NCBI GenBank assembly: GCA_029820565.1
Contig: JALGUR010000009.1
Coordinates: 1,787-65,786, forward strand
Origin: Candidatus Zipacnadia bacterium
Lineage (GTDB): Bacteria; Armatimonadota; Zipacnadia; Zipacnadales; Zipacnadaceae
DNA: 64,000 bases
Direction: 5' to 3'
Part shown: positions 47,796-57,625 of the stretch, one piece after another
Numbering within the stretch: the first letter of the stretch is position 1
Layout: the number at the start of each line of letters is the position of its first letter
Made by a program: the position numbers and the translations under genes
Notes under the pieces: model-generated
Database searches by the model: none
Seen by the model: the letters and a program-made list of their open reading frames with translations, nothing else
Told to the model about the DNA's origin: nothing

Positions 47796-49427
47796 ATGAA
47801 GAAAGGACACTTCCGGAAAATTCATAATGGCAGGGGCTTCCGGTGGCACGGGCTTCCAGCCCGTGTAAGCACAGGCAGGATGGCTGTGCCACTATCTGGT
47901 ATGACTCTGGTAGAAGTGTTGGTGGCTATGGTCATCCTGTTAGTGGGGATATGGGCGGTCGCCTCGGGCTTCCCTAAATTGTTTGGCGTGCTGGCCGGTG
48001 AGGAGAAGCGCACCGAGATGAGCCGGCTGGCCGAGGGTACTGTTGAGCGGCTCAAGACCGATCCTTATGCCCTGCCCCTGGCCATCAGCGGTGGCCCGAC
48101 CATCCATCCCGACAGCGTCCCCGACGACCCTGATATCGCCACCGGCCCGGCTAACTCGCGCGATGATATTCTGTGGGTGGGCGGCGAGAGTTTTGTAGTG
48201 CCGGCGGTAGATCCGACTACAACGGTAGCAGTGCATGTATTTAACCTGGGTCTGGCGCAGGGCTGGGCCGCGGGCGACCCACCCCTGACCGCCGTCTACG
48301 AAGTCTGGCCGCTGACGCCGGGCACCCACTTCACAGTGGACACCAGCACTGGAGTTCTGGATTTGCTGGGCCCCTTCAATGCACACTACGCAGAACTTAG
48401 CTACGCCTGGCGTGACACCGGCGGCGGGGTGTATTATGTTCACGGTGAGGTGGTCCACGACGGCGATCCAGTAGCGGCCGCCAGCGTAACTGGCTTCCAT
48501 TCCATCGTCGCGGACAGTGCTCACGGCAGGGGACGTGTATACTACACCGTCATCTGCGCCGTGACTGACCCTCCCGGTACATTCCCTGGGGCCGGAGAGG
48601 CAGTCCAGAACCTCTATGGCGCCGCGCTGCTGTTTAATTCCGTAGATGTGGGCAAGAGGATTAGGATAGACTATTACCTGCGCACTGATCCCACCCGTGG
48701 CAACCGCCGGGCCCTGATAATGTCCGAAGACCGCCAGATTTCTTCTACCCCAGCCACCATCAACTTGGTAGGGACAGGAATTGACGGCACTCCACCCTCG
48801 CCTATCCCAGGCGGCACCAATATGCTGGCCGTCGACTTAAACAATGGTGCTGCTTATGGTGAAGGAACCGGCTTGGTGATAAACGACTACGGTCGTGGCA
48901 CAGTTACCCTGCATGCTCAGGACTATGAGGTCGGCCATACTTTCCGCTTCTACTATCGCACTACGGACCAATACACAATAACTGTCCAGAAAGCGCCCAG
49001 CCTATTTGTGCCTATTGTGATGTGGGATGCTTATGACGCTACTGGCCAGGTTGGATTGATAGATTACCGCGTCTATGACAGGTTTGAGTTTGACAGCAAT
49101 GGCCAGACCTGGACCTGTCTGGATTTCACGACTGAGTGGGATGGGGGTGGCAATCCGGTTAACAGCGCAGTCGCCGGGCAGACGGTAGCAGTGGATTATA
49201 CTTATGGCGGCGGCCAGTTAGCCGTCGGTGAAATGCATACAATCTCCGCGAGTGTGGTGGCGGTGGGGAGTGAGAGCGGTTACCTTATTACCTTGGACAA
49301 TCCTGGCGTGGAGAACATCGTCGCCGTGCGGGGGATGTCGCTTAAGGTGCGGGCCTGGTGGCGCACCCAGAGTGGCCGCCTGGTGCACCAGGATGTGGAC
49401 ACGATCTTAGGATTGAGACCGATGTAG
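47796..49427 (+). CDS. Large pseudopilin (PilV-like N-terminus), 543 aa
   Basis: ..PLSG|MTLVEVLVAMVILLVGIWAV, Glu at +5. The start may be the internal ATG 47880. Confidence 0.75.
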   Translation: MKKGHFRKIHNGRGFRWHGLPARVSTGRMAVPLSGMTLVEVLVAMVILLVGIWAVASGFPKLFGVLAGEEKRTEMSRLAEGTVERLKTDPYALPLAISGGPTIHPDSVPDDPDIATGPANSRDDILWVGGESFVVPAVDPTTTVAVHVFNLGLAQGWAAGDPPLTAVYEVWPLTPGTHFTVDTSTGVLDLLGPFNAHYAELSYAWRDTGGGVYYVHGEVVHDGDPVAAASVTGFHSIVADSAHGRGRVYYTVICAVTDPPGTFPGAGEAVQNLYGAALLFNSVDVGKRIRIDYYLRTDPTRGNRRALIMSEDRQISSTPATINLVGTGIDGTPPSPIPGGTNMLAVDLNNGAAYGEGTGLVINDYGRGTVTLHAQDYEVGHTFRFYYRTTDQYTITVQKAPSLFVPIVMWDAYDATGQVGLIDYRVYDRFEFDSNGQTWTCLDFTTEWDGGGNPVNSAVAGQTVAVDYTYGGGQLAVGEMHTISASVVAVGSESGYLITLDNPGVENIVAVRGMSLKVRAWWRTQSGRLVHQDVDTILGLRPM

Positions 49428-49629
49428 AGGATAGTGGACAGTCGTCAGTGGACAGTGGGCAGGAACGGCGAATTAACGACAGGCAGTGGTCGTTTGGAGG
49501 GGCCGCGCCGAGCATAGCAAGGCCGGCCCACCTGTCCATAGAACGCGGGCCGGGTTCACTGCGTTCAACCGGTCCCTCCAAGAAACGACGGATAACGACA
49601 GAGAAGTGGCAGCGGAACACATTTTACCA

Positions 49630-49785
49630 TTGTAGGAGGGGCTTCATAGCCCCGAGAAGCACAACCTGACGAGAGAGGCTTCTAATCACGAGACCGGTCG
49701 CGGCAGAGATGCCGCTCCTACAAATCAAACAGAACGTTGTAGGAGGGGCTTCCCAGCCCCGATAAGTAGTCCTACAAATCAAAGA
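49630..49785. repeat. Cluster of three REP-like elements (BIME-like)
   Basis: tGTAGGAGGGGCttcataGCCCCgag (+), tGTAGGAGCGGCAtctcTGCCGCgac (-), tGTAGGAGGGGCttcccaGCCCCgat (+). The motif ctcctacaaatcaaa occurs twice. Confidence 0.8.
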
Positions 49786-49812
49786 CAGATAGGCAGTGCA
49801 AGGGGAAGGCGA

Positions 49813-50610
49813 ATGACGGGCCGGTATGACGCGACAACTGGGTTCACTCTCACCGAACTGTTAGTGGTAATCGGTATAGCGGTACTGTTGCTGGCTATCA
49901 CTATTCCGGTGGCCAAGACCATCACTGAAGGCAATAATGTGGCCCGGTGCAATGCCCAGTTGCAACAAATCGGCCAGGCCCTGAAGGTGTATCATTTGGA
50001 TTACCAGGGCGTCCCGGCCTGTCATCCAGTTGACCCTGGCACTACTGACTCCGATCCCGCCGTTGAGTTGACGGGCACCCGAGGACGAACTGCGGAGATA
50101 CCGGGGCTGGTATGGCTGTGGTATAGTGGATATTTGAACAATAAGAAGACCCTTCACTGTCCGCGAGATGTTTATAATCAAGACGGCGCGCAGTTAGAGT
50201 TTTATGAGAGTTACACTGGCCGCGACCCGGATGCTCAGACCCAGTCGGGTGCGAACTACGAGTTATTCAACAATTATAAGTATCTGTCTACCCGGGGGAT
50301 AATAGATAACACTGACCCTGATTACTATCGCCAACTGGACCGTGCCTATTTTGACTCCGGCCTGGGGATAGTTGTACCGGCTTTTGATACCACCTGGCAT
50401 CCCGATGACACCACCGTAGTCACCTGGTGTGACTGGCACGCTGACTCGGTCGTCCGCCAGGACTATGGTCAGTATCTGGTGCTGTTCTGGGACGGGTCGG
50501 TGCGGAGTCTCCCGGAGTGGCTGTTCAACGGGGCTGTGACCCCACCAGCGGGCTGTACACCACCCGCTGCCGCCTGGCGGGTGAGACCATCCGACATGCT
50601 CTGCCCTTAG
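49813..50610 (+). CDS. Pilin/pseudopilin with class III signal and DGSVR-type C-terminus
   Basis: MTGRYDATTG|FTLTELLVVIGIAVLLLAI. C-terminal ..VLFWDGSVRSL as in DUF1559-type pseudopilins. Confidence 0.8.
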   Translation: MTGRYDATTGFTLTELLVVIGIAVLLLAITIPVAKTITEGNNVARCNAQLQQIGQALKVYHLDYQGVPACHPVDPGTTDSDPAVELTGTRGRTAEIPGLVWLWYSGYLNNKKTLHCPRDVYNQDGAQLEFYESYTGRDPDAQTQSGANYELFNNYKYLSTRGIIDNTDPDYYRQLDRAYFDSGLGIVVPAFDTTWHPDDTTVVTWCDWHADSVVRQDYGQYLVLFWDGSVRSLPEWLFNGAVTPPAGCTPPAAAWRVRPSDMLCP

Positions 50611-50620
50611 AGTAAAGATT

Positions 50621-52687
50621 ATGAAAGAGTTTATCCCGACACAATTTGGATCGAAGCGATGCCAGCGCCCACCTGTGGTGAGCCGGCCCCTCGGCAGTGC
50701 TCGGGGCTTCACGCTGACTGAGGTGTTGGTGGTCCTGGGCATAATGGTGATTCTGTTCGCGATGCTGTTTGTGCCTATCACCAGTTCTATTGAGATGACT
50801 CGCACTGCCCATAACCGCAGCCAGATGAACCAGACTTTGCGCCTGGCTATGGAGCAGTTCCGCCGCGATTTTTCCGATGCGGCCGCCATCTATCTGCCCG
50901 AGTATATTGATATGGGCGATGGCACCTATCTTATCAACTACTGCAATATTACCTTCATCCCATCTAACCAGGCCGGGCTAACCAGCCCCCGGGTAGTGCG
51001 TTACACTGTGCACACTCCCGAGACGACCCGCAATCCGAACATAATAACGCGTAGCGGCATCAATTACCTGGTCGAGCAAGAGACGACCGTTGATAATCCC
51101 TTCGTGCTGTACCGCCAGGAAGCCTATATGAATGACAGTCTAATTCCGGGCCGCAACTTGTTTGGCTCAGGTTACGACCAGGACGGCGACGGCACCGATG
51201 ACTACTTTTTAGTGGGGATGCCACTGTCCGAGAACGCCCTCACGCCGGTGCGGGAGGCCGATATTCCCGTCACCCAGACGGTTTGCCTGGATGCGTCGGG
51301 CTACTATGTGGATATGGTAGACGGCTATGTGAAGCCCGCTGACATATCCAGTGTCTTCACGGGCGGGGAGCAACTGGTGTACATCCACGGTGGGATCCAG
51401 TTCACTCCGCTCCGGGTGGAAGGTGAACGGATTGAGCCGGGCGCTAATCAGACCATCTATCCCGCCCAACACGGTCACTGGCTGGGTTTGCATAATCCAA
51501 CCAGTGCTGGAGTCACTTATACTGTAGCCGATGCCCTTTGGGGTAGTTGGGGCCAATTCCCCCTACTGATAAACTCCTCGGAACTGCGGCCCCGGATTGT
51601 GGTGCGGCGAAACAACTCGTTGTTACTGGACACTGACACCTTGAGCCCCGGCGATCCTGCGCCGCCGCTTACCAGCCTTACCTATGACTTGCGCTGGGAT
51701 TCTCAGCGGGGCACGGTGTCGGTGTGGCTGCCCCTTTCGGGTCCCGCACAGTGGCAAGCGCTCTTTGATATGACCTCTACGCCCATGCCACCGAATCCCG
51801 GCGATCCTTGGACAGTCACCTCTCCACCGAGCGACCCAGTCGGTACCGATTTTGAGTACACCAAACCCGAACACCGCACCGAACAATTAACTGACAACGC
51901 CGGGCCCTCGTACCCACCGGCTAATTGGCTGCCAATGAGCAAGGCGGACACATTCACTGACGGCGAACAAATAACCATTGACCCTGCAGGGACTGGGGAG
52001 AGCGCTATTATTGATACTGTTGTCAGTGGCTCTGGGCTTCAATTGACTGCGGATCTTGCCAACGATTACCCGGCCGGCACATGGGTCAAGGCTGACCAGA
52101 AGTCTGCCACGGCGCCTAGTACTTACACAGTCGACCCCGGCGGTGGCGATAAGATGATAGTCCCCGACTCAGTGCGAGTGTGGGCAGAAGCCTACGATGC
52201 TGACGCACCTCAGAGATACTCTTTGGAATATGTTCCTGTTCGTGGGGTGGGTCAAGATGCGCTGGGTTATGGTCAATTCCTGCTGGAAGCAGGCGGCGGC
52301 GGGAACAATTACACTAGCATGACAATCAAGTTCGCCGACTCCAGCGGCCAGACTCCACCACCAAGCCCTGAGGATCAGAGAACCTATGGTGCGCCCTCTA
52401 CTTTCGATTGGGCCAACGACTTGACCGATAACCCTGGAAATGATTACTTCCGCATACTGGTTCAATACCAATACCGGCGCAACTTTGATAATGCGAGTCC
52501 GGACGTCAACGACTATGATATCATTGAGGTCAGTTATTCGACCGGCGAAGTGTACAACGTGGCCCTGGAGGTAATGCCCTATCGGTATCTGGACGACCCC
52601 GACGGCGACCTGGTATGGCAGCCGCACGGGCCAGCCACCGGGGTGCAGATGCGCGGGCAGGTGGAGGTGCGTAACCTGAGCCGATGA
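50621..52687 (+). CDS. Giant pseudopilin, 688 aa
   Basis: ..SARG|FTLTEVLVVLGIMVILFAMLF, Glu at +5. The rest has no recognisable domain. Confidence 0.75.
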   Translation: MKEFIPTQFGSKRCQRPPVVSRPLGSARGFTLTEVLVVLGIMVILFAMLFVPITSSIEMTRTAHNRSQMNQTLRLAMEQFRRDFSDAAAIYLPEYIDMGDGTYLINYCNITFIPSNQAGLTSPRVVRYTVHTPETTRNPNIITRSGINYLVEQETTVDNPFVLYRQEAYMNDSLIPGRNLFGSGYDQDGDGTDDYFLVGMPLSENALTPVREADIPVTQTVCLDASGYYVDMVDGYVKPADISSVFTGGEQLVYIHGGIQFTPLRVEGERIEPGANQTIYPAQHGHWLGLHNPTSAGVTYTVADALWGSWGQFPLLINSSELRPRIVVRRNNSLLLDTDTLSPGDPAPPLTSLTYDLRWDSQRGTVSVWLPLSGPAQWQALFDMTSTPMPPNPGDPWTVTSPPSDPVGTDFEYTKPEHRTEQLTDNAGPSYPPANWLPMSKADTFTDGEQITIDPAGTGESAIIDTVVSGSGLQLTADLANDYPAGTWVKADQKSATAPSTYTVDPGGGDKMIVPDSVRVWAEAYDADAPQRYSLEYVPVRGVGQDALGYGQFLLEAGGGGNNYTSMTIKFADSSGQTPPPSPEDQRTYGAPSTFDWANDLTDNPGNDYFRILVQYQYRRNFDNASPDVNDYDIIEVSYSTGEVYNVALEVMPYRYLDDPDGDLVWQPHGPATGVQMRGQVEVRNLSR

Positions 52688-52759
52688 AGCAGCGGATTAA
52701 TATAACAGGTTGGTACAGCGATGCAACGGCAAGTCGGGGCAGGGGTTGTCTGCCTTATC

Positions 52760-52823
52760 GCGTAGGCGAGGTTCTCCAACCTCGCCTGACGGCATCGCGC
52801 AGGTTGAGAACCTGCGCTACGCG
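52760..52823. repeat. Inverted pair of REP-like elements
   Basis: cGCGTAGGCGAGGTT-ctcc-AACCTCGCC (+) and GTAGCGCAGGTT-ctc-AACCTGCGC (-). The outer inverted repeat is CGCGTAG/CTACGCG. Confidence 0.8.
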
Positions 52824-52876
52824 ACTAATATCGGGCCGAGGACGGCCCTCATACAACAGTATTTTAAGCGGAGGAG

Positions 52877-55800
52877 GTGAAGCCAGTGGCTAAACCAGGG
52901 AGAAAAAACTGCAAGCACCAAGCCGGTCAGGCCCTGTTGATTGCTGTGCTGATTATGATGGCTATCCTGCTGGTCGGGGCCTTGTTCGTCGCCATTGTCA
53001 ATTACAATCAACAGTCTTCGGTCCGCCACAGTGATATGGTCGCCGCCCAGGGTCTGGCCGAGGCGGGGATCCGGTACGCCGACTATATGCTCCAGTACAG
53101 CCCCGCCGGCGCCGACTGGCGCCCGCCGTTTGTGCCTGTCACGGCGATTGGTAGTGGTTACTACACCCAGCAAGAGATAGACCACGGCTGGTGCCCAGTA
53201 TTTAACACTGGCACCGGTGAATATGAGCGTTTGGGCTTCAGTCGGTATCCGAATCCGTTTGACCCCAGTGGCAACCTGGATATTGGCCGAGGGCACTTTT
53301 TCCTGCGCGTTACCTATGACCCTGACCCGCCCTATGAGCCGGCGCAACTGGACGACCCGGCGCATATCAATCCCGCCAATCCTGAGCCGGATCCACTGAG
53401 CAGGTACATAAGGATTGAGTCCATCGGTGTAGTGGCTGATGAAGGGTTTGTGTTCCGCCAGTTAGTGGCCTACAAGCCCATTGCCCTGACCGATTATCTA
53501 CTGTTCGTCACCGACCGCAGCCGCCGCGCCCAGCCCACTATCCTGGGCTACAACCCGTACTTTGATATGGATAATAGCGGCTCCTGGGGTGTAGCAGACT
53601 TCCTCTCCCCACAATGCCAATATACTAGTGGCCTTCTGGGCACTAGGTATACATGGCACGGTCCAATGCGTTTCAACACACCCGTGCAGCTCGAAGGTGG
53701 GGACGCGGGTCTGAACTTCATAAGTATGACCCCAGTCCGCGCACAGACTCAGGCCACACCACCCACCAGCGCGCCAGGACAACCGGAGGGGGGTGGTTAC
53801 CTGCGAGGCGATAGATTTGAGGCAGCACAAACAGTTAGCGGCAATGGAATTCTTGCCTCTACAGCTCTGACGGCTAATGCCTCGGCAGGGGCCACCCAGC
53901 TATACGTATATGGGGCTGGTGCATTCGATGTTGGAGACCAAGTCTGGATAGGGGACGCTCCCAACCAAGAGTACCTTGGTGGAATTGCCGCTATTGATGC
54001 GATGTTAGGCACCATTAGAGTAAGTAACCCCCTCGCGGCCGGGTATGCCACGGGGGATTCTGTTGAAATTCACAGCGGCCCGGTTCAACGCCTGCGCCCG
54101 CCTGACCTATTCGCCGAAGACCCGGCCACCGGCACCATGCGCTGGTATGCTCTGACTCGCGACTCAGGAGAGGTAGTATTGAACCCCAGTTCTGGCGAGA
54201 CGGTCAATACCGGCCGGTACGGTCACGGCCAAGGCATCTACATTGATAATGGCGGCGATATACAATTCGCCCATAACATTAACAGAGCAATGCAGGACTG
54301 GCTCCATAATCTCACCACTGGCAGTTCCTGGAATCAGGTCGGCGAGATGTATGAGCCGCCGGGCGTGGAGATTGAGCTATTCGCCACTGAGGCGGCGACG
54401 ATTGAAGACCCAAATGATACTGTAGATCAGCAATATGACATAGTCAATGACCCGAGCCCTGGCACTGCGATTGATAATGATTATACTGATGGTGAGATCC
54501 AAATATGGTGGCCTAATCACGTAATCGGCTCTGGCGAGCCGGGTATCCGGCTTGAGCGTACAGCCGGTGGTGACGGCGGGTATGGGGGGGGCCTGTGGTG
54601 TATCGCCGATCCGAATAATCCCAGCACCATCGGCGACACCACGCCCCAGACGAGAACAATGTATCTCGATTATCCACAGCCTGGCCACCAGGTCATCTTT
54701 GCCGAGGGCAATGTGCGCATCTCGGGGCGGCTGCCGCGACTGGATACGGCCAACGCGGGCAATGGCCGCTATAACCTGACGGTGGTCTCCGGCGGCACCA
54801 TTTATATTGACGGCCAACTGCTCTCGCCCCAAGACCAGTTCGGACGTGTCGTGACTGGCTCATCGGCTGCGACGCGCACCGGTGCGACCAACGACCAGGA
54901 CAATACTTACATCGCCCTGCTGGCCCGCGATTGCGTAGTGGTCAACCCCACGCTGCTGGTGCCGCAGACACAGGTAGCAGTAGGTGGAGCGACTGCCGAG
55001 GAAGATGACTTCGGATGGCATTGGACAACTACGCCTGCCGGTGCACCTATTGATGCCGTGAACAGCCGCTGGTATTTCGGCGCGAATCCGGACGACGCTG
55101 GGAATACAGTAAATCTGGTCGGATACCAGACAATGGGCGGATTTGCCACTCTGGCAAACGCCGTGATCCTCGGTGAGACTACACTCAACCTATCAACAGA
55201 TGTCAGCGATTGGCAGAACGGTGACGCGATCGCGATCACACCAGCCGCCAGCTGGCCCGACGCCAGCCAGCGGGTCGGGGGTATGACCGTCGCCAGTGCA
55301 ATCGGAACTATCCTAACCTTGCAGCTACCAGGCACCCCTATCGCCTTTTCGGCTGGCGCTTACGTTGAGAATCTCAGCCGACCTGACTGTACGGGCTTGA
55401 ATTTGGGAGCTTATAACCCAGGGAATGGTTGGCAGTGGTACGACTTCGACCAGGTGCAGACTACTCCTTCTGATGACCCCTTATTCCTAATTACGAGAGA
55501 CGCGCCCGGCGCGCCAGCAAACTGGTTCTGGGAAATGGATAGCCTATGGTTAACCGACCTCGCCTGGCCCTTGCTTGATGCCAGCAACGGTTACCTCGGC
55601 CTGTCCGGCGGGCAGCCCGGCGGGATGCTCAACTCGCTGTGGTTTAGGCTGCCCTCAATCACTGACATTCAAACCGCTAACGGCGGAAATGGCACAGTCC
55701 GACCTTATTGGCTAAAGAAGTTCAAGATTGAGGAGCTTGATAGTACTACCGATGAGCCGACCGGTGCCATTCATGCCAAGATAAATGCAGTGATGTATGC

Positions 55801-56167
55801 CGAGAATGGGTGCTTCTTCGTCATACCTGCTCCGTACTTCAAAGAGGACGAGACCGGTTCTAATGCGGAGCGCTTCCTGCGCTATAACTACGATATTGAG
55901 ATTCGGGGGGCTATCACCGAGAATTTCCATCCCGGGCCAGCGGCGGTGCGCGAGTGGCAGGAGAAGTGGGCTTGGCCGGACGGGGCTAACTGGAACAGCA
56001 TAAGATATGTCTATGACGAGACCGTACTAGCCGCCCGCGAGCAGCCGACGACCACGCTAAGCGGACCTGTGCGAAGCGCCAGTACCGTGCTGGCCACTGA
56101 TCAGGCCAATCTACCCAAACACCCGCTGCTGCCGGTCAGCCCGGATCTGATTTACTACGGCCAGTAA
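52877..56167 (+). CDS. Giant PilX-like N-terminal-helix protein (putative pilus tip/adhesin), 1096 aa
   Basis: The N-terminal QAGQALLIAVLIMMAILLVGALFVAIV resembles the PilX N-terminal helix (no Glu at +5). Sits in the minor-pilin position. The start may be GTG 52886. Confidence 0.7.
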   Translation: MKPVAKPGRKNCKHQAGQALLIAVLIMMAILLVGALFVAIVNYNQQSSVRHSDMVAAQGLAEAGIRYADYMLQYSPAGADWRPPFVPVTAIGSGYYTQQEIDHGWCPVFNTGTGEYERLGFSRYPNPFDPSGNLDIGRGHFFLRVTYDPDPPYEPAQLDDPAHINPANPEPDPLSRYIRIESIGVVADEGFVFRQLVAYKPIALTDYLLFVTDRSRRAQPTILGYNPYFDMDNSGSWGVADFLSPQCQYTSGLLGTRYTWHGPMRFNTPVQLEGGDAGLNFISMTPVRAQTQATPPTSAPGQPEGGGYLRGDRFEAAQTVSGNGILASTALTANASAGATQLYVYGAGAFDVGDQVWIGDAPNQEYLGGIAAIDAMLGTIRVSNPLAAGYATGDSVEIHSGPVQRLRPPDLFAEDPATGTMRWYALTRDSGEVVLNPSSGETVNTGRYGHGQGIYIDNGGDIQFAHNINRAMQDWLHNLTTGSSWNQVGEMYEPPGVEIELFATEAATIEDPNDTVDQQYDIVNDPSPGTAIDNDYTDGEIQIWWPNHVIGSGEPGIRLERTAGGDGGYGGGLWCIADPNNPSTIGDTTPQTRTMYLDYPQPGHQVIFAEGNVRISGRLPRLDTANAGNGRYNLTVVSGGTIYIDGQLLSPQDQFGRVVTGSSAATRTGATNDQDNTYIALLARDCVVVNPTLLVPQTQVAVGGATAEEDDFGWHWTTTPAGAPIDAVNSRWYFGANPDDAGNTVNLVGYQTMGGFATLANAVILGETTLNLSTDVSDWQNGDAIAITPAASWPDASQRVGGMTVASAIGTILTLQLPGTPIAFSAGAYVENLSRPDCTGLNLGAYNPGNGWQWYDFDQVQTTPSDDPLFLITRDAPGAPANWFWEMDSLWLTDLAWPLLDASNGYLGLSGGQPGGMLNSLWFRLPSITDIQTANGGNGTVRPYWLKKFKIEELDSTTDEPTGAIHAKINAVMYAENGCFFVIPAPYFKEDETGSNAERFLRYNYDIEIRGAITENFHPGPAAVREWQEKWAWPDGANWNSIRYVYDETVLAAREQPTTTLSGPVRSASTVLATDQANLPKHPLLPVSPDLIYYGQ

Positions 56168-56322
56168 CTGCGGCAAGGACAGCAACGGCAGCAAGGACAG
56201 TAACGACAGCAACGACAGCAAGGACAGCAGGAACAGCAACAGCAGCAACGACAGCAACAGCAGCAAGGACAGCAACGACTGTAACGGCAGTAACGGCAGG
56301 AGCGGCACAGAACGGCAACACA
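56168..56322 (+). repeat. T-depleted imperfect 9-nt/3-nt periodic tract
   Basis: Units such as aaggacagc, aacgacagc and aacagcagc repeated about 15 times. Only 4 T in about 150 nt on the + strand. Begins directly after the stop of the 1096-aa gene. Confidence 0.85.
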
Positions 56323-56416
56323 GTTTTTGCCGTCGGTGGGATAGGGTGTCAGCGGGTGGCGGTAGCATTTTTAGATGACTTGGAAACCCTGTTCCACTGC
56401 GATATCAGAGCAGGAC

Positions 56417-56445
56417 TTGACAAGATTCGCAATTTACGCTACACT
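56417..56445 (+). promoter_or_regulatory. Candidate sigma70-type promoter for pilM-pilQ
   Basis: TTGACA-17 nt-TACACT, 57 nt upstream of the pilM ATG. Confidence 0.55.
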
Positions 56446-56502
56446 GCAATAATTAAGTAAAGGCAGTCGCAATTATAGCCGACATTATAGGAGGAGCAAC
56501 CG

Positions 56503-57612
56503 ATGCCCAGAGGCGCGGCTCACGCACTGGGCCTAGACATAGGTACTCACGCAATCAAAGCAGTAGAGTTGCGCCGCACCGGTGAGGGTATTGAACTGGT
56601 TGGCACCCCGGCAGTGGTGGCTACTCCGCCGGGTAGTGTTAGCGACGGGGTCATAGTAGACGGCGGCCAGGTCTCCGAAGCATTGGCGCAGATGGTCAAG
56701 ACTTATGGGTTTACCACCCGCCAGGTGATCGTCTCAGTGGGGGGCGAGAGTTCTGTGGTGGTACGCATTGCGTCTATGCCCCGAATGGAGCCCAAAGAAC
56801 TGGACGACGCTATGCAGTGGGAGTTAGAACGGCAGGTCCCCTTCCCCGTAGATCAGGTGATATTCGACTACGAGGTCATTGATATCCCGGGACAGACCGG
56901 TGAAGACAATATAGACGTTTTCCTGGCGGTGGCCCAGGAAGATATGGTTGACGCCCACGTAGAGGCAATTATGGGCGCGAAGTTAACCCCGATTCATATT
57001 GATGTTGAGCCTTTAGCCATTGGCCGGGCCCTGGTGCATGCCTCAGACAATGGTTACCGCGACCAGACGGTACTACTGGTTCACATCGGGGCTAATAGCA
57101 CCGGAATATACATTGTGAGCAACGGCTGGATGAACTTTGTCCGCACTCTGCCCACGGCGGGTAGTGCCTTCACCGCTGCCATTAGTGAAAACATCTTGGG
57201 TGATGAGGAGCAAGCCGAGCGGGCCAAGCGCCAGTTTGCTGATTTGACCGAAGCGGCTACTGAAGAGTCAGAAGAGACTGGTGATGTGGCCCAGGCTCAG
57301 ACCGCTATCCAGGAGGCCATATCTGAGGCCTTATTTGATTTGAGCACCGAGGTCGGTCGGAGCTTAGAGTTTTATCGCCGCCAGCACCGCGATGCGCAAA
57401 TAAGTGCCATTCTTCTATGCGGAGGAAGTGCAGTAATTCCGGGGCTGGCTGAATTCATCCAGAATGAGACAGGAGTAACTACTGAGGTTGCTAATCCCTA
57501 CCAGCATCTAATTTGTGACACCCAACAAGTCTCGAAAAGTTATCTCGCCGATGTGGGGCCGGCTACTGTGGTAGCGGTGGGTCTGGCGATGCGAGATATG
57601 TTGGAAGACTAA
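56503..57612 (+). CDS. pilM: Type IV pilus assembly protein PilM (actin-like ATPase fold)
   Basis: LGLDIGTHAIKAVEL.., ..LLCGGSAVIPGL... 369 aa. AGGAGG RBS. Confidence 0.9.
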   Translation: MPRGAAHALGLDIGTHAIKAVELRRTGEGIELVGTPAVVATPPGSVSDGVIVDGGQVSEALAQMVKTYGFTTRQVIVSVGGESSVVVRIASMPRMEPKELDDAMQWELERQVPFPVDQVIFDYEVIDIPGQTGEDNIDVFLAVAQEDMVDAHVEAIMGAKLTPIHIDVEPLAIGRALVHASDNGYRDQTVLLVHIGANSTGIYIVSNGWMNFVRTLPTAGSAFTAAISENILGDEEQAERAKRQFADLTEAATEESEETGDVAQAQTAIQEAISEALFDLSTEVGRSLEFYRRQHRDAQISAILLCGGSAVIPGLAEFIQNETGVTTEVANPYQHLICDTQQVSKSYLADVGPATVVAVGLAMRDMLED

Positions 57613-57625
57613 AAGGAAGCCCAAA

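Noticed and set aside
49630-49785. CRISPR-like appearance of repeated 25-nt motifs
   Set aside because: The copies are in alternating orientation, the spacing is irregular and short, the sequences are not identical, and there are no cas genes. They fit REP/BIME architecture instead.
56111-56368. 85-aa poly-Leu/Ser minus-strand ORF over the T-depleted tract
   Set aside because: Reverse-complement reading of the A/G/C-only repeat. There is no RBS, and it overlaps the end of the 1096-aa gene.
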